Positions 1 through 14,976 of a DNA stretch of 64,000 nucleotides are shown here, one piece after another. A model generated the notes under the pieces. The model searched no databases and had not been told where the DNA came from. It saw only the letters and a program-made list of their open reading frames with translations. Within the stretch, counting starts at the first letter, position 1; each line of letters starts with the position of its first letter. The stretch lies in assembly GCF_009914755.1 (NCBI RefSeq), contig NC_060928.1. One strand, 5' to 3'. The position numbers and the translations under genes are program-made. The stretch comes from the human T2T-CHM13v2.0 reference genome, Homo sapiens.

Positions 1-681
1 AGGTGCCAAAGCCAGGTGAAGTGAAGAGGTAAAGCAATAAACCCTTCAAAGACAAAGACAATCAGCTTTCAATTCTCTTGTCTTTGTTAGATGAAAGGTA
101 GGCCACTCCTGTGTCCTCAAAATGGAGGGACATTTCAAGTACTAGAAGGTGCACTCTCCTGGTACCTTCCTAAGCCCAACCAGTTCTGAACCCTGCCCCC
201 CACCTTCCCAGCAGTCCCAGCTCCAAGCCTGCAGCTTTGAAATGCAGGCCTTTGGAATGAACGGCAGGCCTGGACAGAACACATCCTGGAATCGCAGTCT
301 ATCGACTGGCATTGCCTGATGTTGTTTATGCTTGTATTTACCCAGGCTTCCATCCAGCCACATAAATTATAAATTCATCTATACACCCACTGGGGAATCC
401 AACGCACACACGGCACAAAAGGGAGAATATGAAATATTTTCACAGGTAAATTAATACAGGATTTAAAGCTCTGGCTTACCTAGACATTAAAATGAGTAGA
501 GGATGTAACTCTTGCTGTAAAAACTTCTTGTTTAAGTAGCCCTAGAATCACTTTTTTTTAGGCCTAATACCACTTTAGGAAATTTTTTTCAGCTGCTACA
601 TTTAGGTATCTAATGCCATCATAGAGCTCTCATAGCATTTTTGCAAACTATCTTTGCAATGCTTAAAAGAAACACTGAGAT

Positions 682-982
682 CAGGGGTCAGTAAAGTTTC
701 CATCGAGTCCCATAAAGTAAATATTTGAGGCTTTATGGGCCATACAGTCTGTTTAGTATAAGACGCTGCAGCTGTAGCAGAAAACAGCCACAAGAAGATA
801 TATAAATAAATGTGTGGCCATGTTCCAATAGAACTTTACTTAAGGACACTGAAATTTGAATTTCAGATAATTTTCACATCATGAGATCTTCTTTTTTTTT
901 TTCTAGCATTGTTACCTTGTGGGCCATACAAAACAAGCAGCTGGCTAGATCTGGCCATCAGCCCATAGTTTGCTGACCCCTG
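682..982 (-). mobile_element. MER58-family hAT-Charlie MITE
   Basis: Terminal inverted repeats CAGGGGTCAGTAAA / TTTGCTGACCCCTG; degenerate 8-bp flanks actgagat/gtgtagat. Confidence 0.8.
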
Positions 983-1144
983 GTGTAGATGGTTGAAAGA
1001 TGAATCTTGTTGCTGTCACAATAACCAAAGTGGTAGAGGGATCAGGGAAAGGCAGTGCAAGGAAAAAGGAGGCAATATTGTGAAGTTGCATTCATCACGG
1101 TTTTTTTTCTGTATCTTATGATGTTCTGGTATCTTATAAATTTT

Positions 1145-1610
1145 GCTGGCAGGGAAGAGACTCCCAGGACTAGCTAATTCTTGGAGACAGCAAAGGACTG
1201 AGCCCTGAGCATATCTAACTATTGTCAAGAACATAGCCGCAACCTTCCCCTTTATCTAACTTTCACACACCAAGCCAATATAGAAATTGCCCTAACTCAC
1301 CCCAGGGGCTAGGTACCAAGCAAATGGAGACCGCCCCTCCAGCCCAGAGCCTGCTGGAATTATTCAGACTTGCCAGTTGGAAACTGTTGGCCTTGCTCTG
1401 CCTTGCCTCCCTGCAGAAACCTCAGTCAAAGCCTATGCTTTCTTCTTGCTCCTGCTTCTGCCCCCGACCGACACCGGTGCTTCCCCTGTGGCCCTGCATG
1501 GCATGGCATGTGCCCTTTCTCTGGGGAAATTGAATAATATAAAGCTTTCAGTGGCACTGGCCTCTGTGTGTCATCACTCAGCTACCCCCATAAATTAAAA
1601 TCTCAACAGG
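1145..1610 (+). mobile_element. Old ERV LTR fragment (family uncertain)
   Basis: LTR-like composition and motifs (ccaatatagaaa, ttcagacttgcc...ccttgcctccctgcagaaac); subfamily not resolvable by eye. Confidence 0.45.
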
Positions 1611-1639
1611 TATCATGAGGCAGAAGTGTCTTCCTACTC

Positions 1640-1765
1640 TGAGCGGGATCCCAGGACCAGCAGCATCAGCATTCCCTGAGCCTCATCCCAGACCGACAGA
1701 ATCTGCATCTGCATGTAAAAAAGATTCCCGGGTTATTTGCAAGGATATTGAAGTTTGAGATGCTG
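1640..1765. mobile_element. MER5A-like DNA transposon relic followed by MIR (to ~1935)
   Basis: gaccagcagcatcagcat...agaatctgcat...aagtttgaga MER5 motifs; MIR core tgtggccttg..aagtta. Confidence 0.65.
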
Positions 1766-2099
1766 TGGTGGTGTGGTTTAAAGCTTGAGGTCTGGAATTA
1801 GAAGGCCCATTTCAAGTATCTGTGCCTCTCATTAGCTATGTGGCCTTGTACAAGTTATTATTATTTCCACCCCTAATAGGTAGAGATGAATCTATGCTAA
1901 ACACTTAGAAAATGCCTGGCAAATAATACTATCATTCTTTTTTAAAAAATAAATGCCCATGCACAAACTGTTAAGATAACTTCCTCAGATACATTCTTAG
2001 CCAGTCTCTTGAACTGATCCACTGTGATTATAGCCCATGCCCACCCCCAACAATTCCACCCATAAAAGAAAAGAAAGACGCCACAACTCCTGGCCGCAG

Positions 2100-2676
2100 A
2101 GTGTAAAATATATTGATGGCTGTAAAGGGACAACTTGGGGATATTTTAGGTCTGCTGAGATGATGCACAGCATACATACATGCTCTAGTTTTTGGAACCA
2201 TGTCATTAAGTTTTCAAATACATCTGTTTTGAACATGGTATTTTGTTTTTCTCATTAGCACGAATTACTACTCTACAGTTTCTTCTAGAGTAAATAAATA
2301 TAATGGCTGTTTGCAGAGCGACTACAGACTTACTTAGATGTTTAACAAGGTGAACGATTTCACAATTAGATCAACCATTGAGTTAACAGCAAGGTGTTTT
2401 TCATCTGTTTTGTTTACTGCTATAGTGGGGACAGGTAACTTCTCCAATTTATTCTTTGTTGACATCTTTAGTTACCAACAGACTCCCAAAAGTAATGAAA
2501 AGTCGATTAAAAAGAAAATTGTAATTATGCCATGGGTTTTCCCAAGATCCTTAAAGTCAGCTCATTTAAATTTACAAGAGAAAAATAACAGGCATCATGG
2601 AAAACTAAGTAACAAAAAGCTATTGAAAAATACATCTGTGGAACACAGTGGTCAGTTGTAAACAGCTCAGAAGAGC

Positions 2677-2707
<31 letters not shown>

Positions 2708-3460
2708 TTCTAGCATGTTAAGCAGTCCAATGACAAACTCTGCTTTTTATTTTCTTTCTAGTGGCTATTTTCCTACCACAGTGTTGAGCTTCATTATTAT
2801 ATTAAATAACTTATATGGGTAAAAAGGAGTTTGCTAACCAGCAGCCAACTCAAAACCTTGTAGGAGGAGGGAGGAGAAAAATTTACAACACAGCACATAC
2901 TAAGGGGAAACAAAGTCTGCAGTCAGCTTCCAACCAGTCTTACCCCTCTCTGGCAATACTGATTGAGCTAAGGTTTGGGATCTAAACGGGGGGGTTTTAG
3001 ATCCCCTCCCTCCACTCCTTTCTTCATTTAAGTTAACAAAAGAAACGTGGGCTTCCTCAGAGCCAGCACTCAGCTGGGCAAGTCCCATTAGCAGCAAATG
3101 TTCAACCAAATTAAAAAAAACACACACACACAAAAGAAAACTCCATCCAGGTGCAGAGCTGTGATTCACATGGAAATTCCAGGAGATGAATAATGTGCAG
3201 AGCCGGGATTTTTAGAGGATTCTTTCTCAAGTGTCTTCAGTGAACATTTCAGTCTCACAAAATCTGAGTCTATCTGTCAGCTGCAGGAAATAAGTTCTCC
3301 ATCTGGTCTTGAGTGAGCTTGTGTGCTTTGCTGACCCGGGTGCTCCAATGACTGCAGGGTCTTCATGAGTGTTCGTGGTACGAGATGCCAGAAAACAAAG
3401 GCCAGCCCCTCCATGATCTGCAGGAAGCAGCAGCAGCAGCAGGCAGGCAGCTCCCATGTG
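2100..3460 (-). other. RASGEF1B: RASGEF1B 3' UTR (distal end approximate)
   Basis: Transposon-free stretch after the stop codon, with AATAAA hexamers on minus at 2746-2751 and 2448-2453 and a U-tract at 2677-2703. Confidence 0.7.
2746..2751 (-). terminator. Candidate proximal polyadenylation signal AATAAA
   Basis: + strand TTTATT; about 45 nt downstream on the mRNA is a ~27-nt U-tract that could act as downstream element. Confidence 0.55.
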
Positions 3461-3485
3461 TTAAACTCTGCCTAAGAGGCTCGAC
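3461..3485 (-). CDS. RASGEF1B: RASGEF1B exon 14 coding part (RSSLLGRV*)
   Basis: actcag|G TCG AGC CTC TTA GGC AGA GTT TAA; stop at 3461-3463. Confidence 0.94.
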
Positions 3486-4051
3486 CTGAGTAATAAAAAC
3501 AACACAACCTAAGACAGAATGTAACAGACTACTTGAACTAGGATGAAAATGCCTTGTGTAATACTAATTTTATCTTTCCTGTGTTTTAAGTTTGATTTTA
3601 CAAAGTTAAACCAGGAAAAAAAAAATCAAGCTTTTAAGTCCTATTGGCTCTCTGGGAAAACTGCCAGTCACTTAAAAAACAAACATTTATTAATGGAGAT
3701 GGCAAAAGCTTAAACAGATAAATCTATATCTTGCGTAAGTTTATATTATAACAAAAACAAAAAAAGCAAAGATCATTAATGATAAAGAGCTTTTAGGTAC
3801 AGGTTATCACAGATAGATTTACTTGGTAGATATAAGCATCTTCACAACACATTCCATGAACACTGGGAGAGTTTAAACAATAGTTGACAATAAGGGTGTC
3901 TGCCGTCAGAGGTGTATCTGCCACTGATGAATCTACGTGTCTGCAATGAATGGCTCTAGGGCCACCAAGAAAAGCATCTATGTAAAAATATCTTACTGCC
4001 TTCAAAGCTAATGTATAAAAGTTTTCAGGTAGGTACAATGATTCCAGAATA

Positions 4052-4567
4052 TAGTCAGCCCTCTCTATCTGTGGGTTTTGCACCTGTGGATTCAATCAAC
4101 TGCAGATCAAAAATATTTGAAACAAAAAATATGGGTCTGTACTGAATATATACAGACTCTTTTTCTTGCCATTGTTCCCTAAGTAATATGGTATAACAAC
4201 TATGTATATAGCATTTACATTATATTAGATATTGAAATTAATCTAGAGATGATTTATGGTACAACAACTATTTACATAGCATTTACATTATATTAGGTAT
4301 TATAAGTAATCTAGAGATGACTTAAAGTATAAGAGAGGATGCATATGGCTATATTCAAGTATTATCTATTTATTATTTTGAGTTTACCCTAACAGGTTAT
4401 GTGTTATTGAATCAGTAAGACTGATGGCCACAAGAAAAGAATATTTCTGAAAACAACAGCAACAGAAAGTTTCATTTTATTATACCAGGGACTAGAGCAT
4501 CCTCAGATTTTGGTATCTGCAGGAGGTCCTGGAACCAATCCCCCATAAATACCAAGGGATGATTATG
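4052..4567 (-). mobile_element. MER2 (TcMar-Tigger) with internal duplication and insertion
   Basis: Reverse complement of MER2 consensus motifs (gtcctggaaccaatcccc; aatctagagatgatttaaagtata). Confidence 0.8.
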
Positions 4568-5091
4568 CTTAATCTTAGTATCCACTTAACGTATGTATTT
4601 TGTAAATTATAATAGCCTGTTTTATTTTGTTTTAACTTCTTCGTGGTTGCTATGCCTTGGCCAACACCTGCGATAACCCAGTACCATTCAATGACACTAC
4701 AGGAGCATGGGCTGACGAGTAATAGAGAGCAAGACACTGTGTCCAGAGCTGGGGCAGACATTAGGGGAAGACCCTGTGCTTGCCCTCAAGGGGCTTACAT
4801 AGCAATAGAGAAAACCACAAACACTACACAAAACCACATGGCTGGTAACGAGAGAGGAAGAGTGCCTCCTGAGTGTATGAGTTCTGGAGAAATTCTTTCT
4901 AGGGAAAAACGGGCCAGGGACGGGGGAGGCATTGGAGCTGGGCCATGAGAACAGACAGGATATGGAAAAGGCAGAGTGTGTGGCTTGAACACCAACACAG
5001 ATGAGAGCTGTTCTTCAAAGCTCCTTAAAAAACAATTTTAACGTGGAAACTGTCTTTTATACCAAAGAATATAATTTTCATTTCAACCAAT

Positions 5092-6371
<1,280 letters not shown>

Positions 6372-6926
6372 CAATCAAATGTTAGATGTCATATATTATG
6401 TGAACAGTACAGATGTGGGAAGACATTATACAGTTCAATCTTTAGCTTTTAAAGTCAAACCTTTGACTTATGAACCTTTCCAATCTAACCATTAGTTAAT
6501 ATGTCATAAAATAAAAAGAACTATAAAATAATTTTGTAGGTAGGTCTGGATTAATTTAAAATGTCTGGAGACCACAGGTAATGCAGATACCAGATATCAT
6601 TTATGTGTAGCCAATCTGCTTACCAATTTTTAAAATAATCTACAAGAAAAGTAACAAAAGCTAAGCTATACCCAGAGACCCCACCAAACTTACTGTTTTT
6701 AAAAATACAGAAAGGAGGGATTAAAAAGGAGACATATGGAAGGCAAAATGTATCAAAAAAGGATAACTAAAAGGAGTAATTCTCAAATCTTTTATCCAGC
6801 AAGATATGCACTCTGAGGCTCATGTTTTGCACATGAATAATACTAAATAGCACAGTGAAATATTTTAATACAAACACAGAGTAATACAAAATTTTAATTG
6901 AAATGTGCCACTGCCAGGCACAAAAT

Positions 6927-6998
6927 TATATATATTTTATATAATATATATATATATATAATTAGTCAATGCATTATTAGTTCTGTACATATATATAT
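6927..6998. repeat. (TA)n-rich microsatellite
   Basis: tatatata runs. Confidence 0.8.
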
Positions 6999-7991
6999 AG
7001 GCATCAGCCCAACAAGCCTGTTATATCCCATGGCTTTAGGCATTAGCCAAACCTTCTTTATGTTTGTGTCTGGGCATACAAGGAACATCTCCAATCCTTC
7101 ACCAATTACTATGATATCCTAAGGATAAGAATTCCAATGCCTTCATACCTTATCCCTCATCACTGGGAGGTACAAAGAAGGCCTAAGCTTTCCTTTGAAA
7201 CAAACACAACCACACAAAACCAAGTATATCTTAGATATCCTGGTTCATGAAATCTAGCCTAATATCAAGTATAATGAAGGCTCTCAAATGATTATGGGAC
7301 CACAAAAATAAGAGAAAATGTGCTTGTAAACCCTAGTACAAAAAGGTATACATTCTGAGTTTCTCAGTAGGACTATAATGATAACAAGTTTGATTATATT
7401 ATACCCTGGGCTGCTTTTGCCTATTAAAGTATCTCAAATGCTTAAAATACAAATTTAACCCTATTCTAGTTTTCTTCAAACATACTCATAGGATATCAAA
7501 AGTTGTAAATCTGAAAAATCTCCAGATTATGTTTAAAGTCCCAACTCTCTCAAACAAAGAGGGGACTGAGATCCACTTGGAAAGTGGCAAACCCAACTTT
7601 ATAAAGCCTACTAGTACTTCTTTCTTTATCTGAGGTTAAATAAAATTTTAGTGTCAGAAGAACTCTTCAGAAATAAAGTCTGAACTTCTGATATTTTAGA
7701 CAAAGTCAATGCATTTTTTTTAACATACTATGGCTCAGTTCCTCATTCTATTAAATAATGGGAGAGAAAAAGAACAGTCACTGTATATCTGCCAATATAA
7801 AAAAAATGAAAGACAATAAAGCAGAATGATGGTAGTGAGAATTCTGAGCCACAAAGATTTGGTGTACAAGAGATAAAGTGCAGAGGACTTGGAACAGATA
7901 GACAGCAGCTTCCTATAGAACGCATGTGGCTTTCTTCAAGGAAAGCCAATTTCCTTCAGACTTGTGCAGCAATGAGAAGAATGAGACCCAC

Positions 7992-8064
7992 CTTAAAGAC
8001 TTCCATCTGTCTTTCTCTATATGATTTTCAGGTCCTTCACTCTCATAAGAAGCCAAGTAGAGAG
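7992..8064 (-). CDS. RASGEF1B: RASGEF1B exon 13 (73 nt, ALYLASYESEGPEN...WKSL)
   Basis: ttgtag| acceptor, AG|gtgggt donor (phase 2). Confidence 0.95.
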
Positions 8065-8635
8065 CTACAATCAAACAAAAGAAAGTGCATTAACATTAAA
8101 GCCTTCTCCTGATATATTATCTACCACCACCCTTGTTCGACTTGAGCCAAACTCCATAGCAAAATACTCTTCAAAATATCAAGTCATGACCAAGAAGCTT
8201 CACTGTTTCATGAAGAACACAGAATATCACTTTGCCTCTGACTGACCATCTCAATGAAAACCCAAGGGCTTCTAAGCCAAAAATGCACTTAATTACCTAA
8301 TAATGTATAAGGCAAAAAAAAGCTTATAAAATGTAAGCCATATGATGCTGTCGTATACTCAGACTTAATGTTCTTTACAAAGAAAGGGGTGGGAGTTCTT
8401 TCCTGGTAGCCTGAGTTGTTTTTTCCTTTTTTCTTTTTTTTAAAACTCTTTACTAGGTAAAAAGCCTAGGTAAAAATTTTCTAGACCAATTTTCCATTCT
8501 ACTAATATTTTTCTTCCTTTTTAAATCAGAAAGACTCTTCATTTAAAAATTCAAAAGTTTGTTATTAGTCCTCTTTATAGAGATTAAAAACAAATCCCCT
8601 CTGGCATAGGTGATATTAATTAAAAATGTTCTCCT

Positions 8636-8987
<352 letters not shown>

Positions 8988-9532
8988 CTATTAATTCCTG
9001 TAATATTAGGATATAACAAATCAATAAAATAAATCTCTAAGTATTTTATGAGCTCACTTCTGATGATTTTTTTCTGTATCTAATCTCTTTTTCTGCTTCA
9101 AATTCCCTAATGTTTTAACAGGTCAAAATGTTCCAGTACTTTTTTAAACGGCAGGGGGTAGCAATTTACTGTTTTTGTTATTTTTCTCCAAATTACACTG
9201 ACTATCAACATACCACAAAACACCTTTTGTCTATTCAAGTAAGCTCAAGCAAGAAAAAAAAAATTCTTCAATAACCCCATTTGTGCCCATAGCTGTGCAA
9301 ATCTGGTATTATAAAGAATACTTAAACACAGAAACCTACTGTTTATAGGTGAATATTAAGTGCAAATATTTTAGGGACAAATCATACATTTTCTGTGAAA
9401 CAGAAAACTCTTAACATGGAACAGATCAGAGGACAGGCCTCATTACTATATGAGTAACCAAGCATTTCTATACTAATTTCCTAAATGAAGGATTTGGGGA
9501 TGCTAGTGGTAGCTCCTATTGAATGGCCTTAC

Positions 9533-9656
9533 CATCTTCACTGAAGACTGGTACTGTGAGCAGATACTGCAAGATCTTCCGGTCCCTCTCAAATGGACAC
9601 TCCACTTGTTTCCATGTCATAAATTCACTCACTTGTTTGGCCAGTTCCCAAAATTT
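9533..9656 (-). CDS. RASGEF1B: RASGEF1B exon 12 (124 nt, KFWELAKQ...VFSED)
   Basis: ttccag| acceptor, G|gtaagg donor (phase 1). Confidence 0.95.
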
Positions 9657-9750
9657 CTGGAAGATAAGTAAAAAAAGAATATAAAGGTGATCATAAAAAA
9701 ATAATTATGAGTTTGGGAGAGGCAATACCATTTGAAATGATTCCTTCTTA

Positions 9751-10038
9751 TTTTATTAAGGAGACAGGGTTTCACTCTGTCACCAAAGCTAGAGTGCAGT
9801 GGTGCAATCATAGCTCACTGCAACATCAAACTCCTGGGCTCGAGCAATCCTTCAGCCTCAGCCTCCCTGCTACTAGCAGGGACTACAGGTGCGAACCACC
9901 ACGACTAGCTAATATTTTAATTTTTTGCAGAGACAGGGTCTCACTGTTGCCCACGCTGGTTTCAAACTCCTAGCCTCAAGCAATCCTCCCATCTTGGCCT
10001 CCTAACGCACTGGTATTACAGGCGTGAGCTACTGCAGC
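9751..10038 (-). mobile_element. AluJ-like
   Basis: Reverse Alu with catagctcactgc, ctcaagcaatcctccc. Confidence 0.88.
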
Positions 10039-10331
10039 TACTTTCTGGTATTTAATCTTCTGAATTAAATAGTTTTCTTCATTTAATAAAACTCTATTTG
10101 TGAGGTAAAAAAATGTTCTCAAGTTCCCTCAAATAGTAATAATCATCATCATAATGGCTCAGCTATTCTCTTCTACTTGGTATTGTTAATTTCTAACAAA
10201 ATAATATGGAAAGAGATAATTTGTTCTGAAACTGCAGAATTGGCTTTGGCTGCCTGGCCAGGAATGCGGTGCTGGAGAAGCTGCCCCTCTCCTTGTGCTT
10301 GGATTTTTGTATCCTACTTTATCACACTCAC

Positions 10332-10427
10332 CTCAAAATTGACATGGCCATTGGGAAGGCGGTTGGCACAACCCTCATTGAGGAAATAAATATCTTTGAT
10401 TAAGAGACTGAAGAATGGTATCACAAT
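10332..10427 (-). CDS. RASGEF1B: RASGEF1B exon 11 (96 nt, IVIPFFSLLIKD...HVNFE)
   Basis: ctctag| acceptor, GAG|gtgagt donor; IPF..L.KD CDC25 motif. Confidence 0.95.
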
Positions 10428-10822
10428 CTAGAGGAAACAAAAGATTCTGGTTGGTCTGGGCAAACAAATATTTAGCCTTTCATAAAAATACACAAGATTA
10501 ATGAACAACATTAACTTTTGATTATATGAAAGGCCACAAAGAATTAAGGTACAGTGTTTTGTTTCTTACACAACAGCAATTTCTTCCCTTACATAATTTT
10601 GCTTATACTACAACTGCTATAACCAAAGCACAGCAAGGACAAGTAGCAATGGGAAGTGAATAGGTTAGTACTTTTATTACAATTTTTCCTATTTTTCTCA
10701 TTGCAGTAGTATGCAATAAAATCTGAAAACTCTAGCTATTATGAAAGAAAAAATACCTAAAAGAACTCTTGCCTTTCACTTAGCAACCCCTTAGCAAAAT
10801 GTTAATAGAATACCTATCATTG

Positions 10823-11773
<951 letters not shown>

Positions 11774-12851
11774 ATGTACCAAGATTTTAAGATGCATGAC
11801 CCATCTCCCTGCTAGAAGCTGTACTGCTTATTATTTAGACTTCTACATTTAAGATAAACTTTTTTTTTAGATAAACATTTTATTTCTTCTTGAAGACATT
11901 CCTCAAGATAATGTGAGAGTTCAGTTTAGAATAGTTGCTACAAACTTTCTATTGTAAACCTAGCCTGTGTATGATGAACAAGTTAGCACCTGCTCTCATA
12001 GGAAATCACCTAAGAAGTACCTTGCATAATATGTTTTGAGACAAATATGCCCCAGGTGAAGGAGGAAATATGAATGTATAAATTAAAATTAATAGCTGTT
12101 TAAAAACAATAAACCTTTAAAAATACTTTCCCATCTGAATTCTTTGGCTTGATGAGGTGGTATTTAATTAATTAACCTAAAGCAATAATCTCTCAGTAAG
12201 TACCCCAAATCATACTAAACCTACAAGAAACAGAGAAAAAGGCTCACATACAGTAATTTCCATTTTCTCTCAAATGTCAACATATTTTTAAAGATCCTAA
12301 ATTTCCTACAATGTAAAAAATCCACTAAACACCGATCGTGGGCCTATCTTGTTTCCCCAAAGTCAGATCTTTTAAGTTCCCTAAGCTTATGACTCAGGTG
12401 GTACTTCTATATTGAGTGAACAGAAAACATACTTTTGGGCTCACACACAAAAATATTAAGTATCAATTCCCTTCTAAGGAAAAATTCAGATTTTCACCAA
12501 AGTCATTTAAAAAACAAGTTTTGATTATTTTTGTTTCATTGATTTCTGAAAATAACCAAAATGAATCTTCTGTTTTGATCTCTTTTGACATCTCACCTAA
12601 ATATACTTTTAATCATTTGTTATTATCTCGGACAGTCTCTAAAGCCAAATTAGTAAAGATCTCATTACCTTTCCTTCTAACGTGATTAGCTATTTTCCAT
12701 TATGTTAGAACTAAACAGCATAGTAACAATAGTAAAAGTACAACTGAACCTTGCTTCTCTGAAAGACTATTTGTGAATGGGAATGCTGGACTTTGGATGC
12801 TGCCAGACAACAGCAAAAAATTTCGCTTCAGAATTTCCTGGTGCTATAAGC

Positions 12852-13040
12852 TAGGAGTTGGCAAACTGTGGCCCTCAGGCCTCTTTTTTATTGCCTAAGA
12901 GTCACACATTTTACATTTGTTAAGTAGCTAAAAAATAAAAAAATAATAATATTTCAAGATGCATGAAAATTATATGAAATTCAAATGACAGTGGCCATTG
13001 AGTTTTACTGGAAGACAGCCATATTCATTCATCTTCATAC
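12852..13040 (+). mobile_element. MER58B-like fragment
   Basis: ggagttggcaaactgtggccc start; gaaaattatatgaaattcaaat...ggaagacagcc. Confidence 0.65.
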
Positions 13041-13829
13041 TGTCTTCTGTGCTACTGTGTCTAAGGTGAATATGCACTTAGAGGATAATAAGGATACATC
13101 ATCATAAGACAGCCCCAGGGAAATAAGAATAAAATTATAATCAAGATGTAATATTTGTATATTGTAGCAGCTTTTAAAAAAATAACTTTATTTTTGTGCT
13201 CTATTCTTTGGTGCTGAGCTGTGAGATTCATGCAGTGCTGATCATTTACTGTTTCTTATTGATATTTAAACTTCTCATAAATTCACGCCAGGTGCCTATA
13301 GCTGGATTATAAATTCTAGATGGCAGAGGCTATTACCTTACATGATTTTTGCATTCAGGGGTGCCTGCAAGATGCTCCACTATTGACTATCTCAATCACT
13401 CTTTCATAGAAATAGAAATAATCTTACTTAGGATATTTTACTGCTCTGTTCCTTATGCCTGTATGCAAGAAAGAAGCCTTGCAGGCTTCAACTTCTCATT
13501 TATTCATGGATAATTCCCTTCAGATCTGTAGCCCCTACACAAATCTAATATAGTGAAAATCAGATTATAAGGACTTCAGATTTCCATGAGCTAAGTGAAT
13601 GTACACATTATTAGTAGGAGAAAGCAAAAGTTCATTTTCCTGAAGGTCTTGTCAATGATGTTTTTAGCAGGAGAACTTCTCAGGTAATAATATTTTCGAA
13701 TTTCCTTTCAAAATATTCTTAATTCAGAGACCCAGCAACTGCACCATAAGGGTTTTGCCAGTTCCACACCTAGAAATGAATGCTGATAAATAGGACCAAG
13801 TAAGTTCACAGGAGCAGAATTGGAATGGC

Positions 13830-14180
<351 letters not shown>

Positions 14181-14253
14181 AGAAATGCTTTCACTCTTAG
14201 CCTTTGAGCCCAACTGTAAAAAGAGATGGCATTTTTTTAAATGGCTGTGATTT

Positions 14254-14976
14254 TTTTGTTTAAATTTTAAGTTCTGGGATACGTGTGCACAACGTGCAGG
14301 TTTCTTACATAGGTATACATGTGTCATGGTGGTTTGCTGCACCTATCAACCCGTCATCTAGGTTTTAAGCCCCACATGCATTAGGTATTTGTCCTAATGC
14401 TCTCCCTCCCCTTGCCCCCCCAGCCCCCTACTGGCCCAAGTTATGTGTTGTCCCCTCCCTGTGTCCATGTGTTCTCATTGTTCAACTCCCACTTACGAGT
14501 GAGAACATGCAGTGTTTGGTTTTCTGTTCCTGTGTTAGTTTGCTGAGGATGATGGCTTCTAGCTTCATCTATGTCCCCACAAAGGACATGATCTCATTCC
14601 TTTTTATGGCTGCATAGTATTCCATGGTGTATATGTACCATATTTTCTTTATCCAGTCTATCATTGATGGGCATTTGGGTTGGAACCAACCCAGATGTTC
14701 CATGTCTTTGCTATTGTAAATACTGCTGCAGTAAACATATGTGTGCATGTGTCTTTACAGCAGAATGATTTATATTCCTTTGAGTATATACCCAGGAATG
14801 GGATTGCTGGGTCAAATGGTATTTCTGGTTCTAGATCCTTGACGAATTGCCACACTGTCTTCCATAATTATGTAAATTATGTTGAACTAATTTACTTTCC
14901 CAACAACAGTGTAAATGTGTTCCTATTTCTCCACAGCCTCGCCAGCATCTATTGTTTCTTGACTTTTTAATAATTG
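14254..14976 (-). mobile_element. 5'-truncated L1PA (ORF2 end + 3' UTR)
   Basis: ORF2 C-terminal translation (EIPFDPAIP...AKTWN); TSD AATGGCTGTGATTT at 14240-14253 and 14977-14990. Confidence 0.93.
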
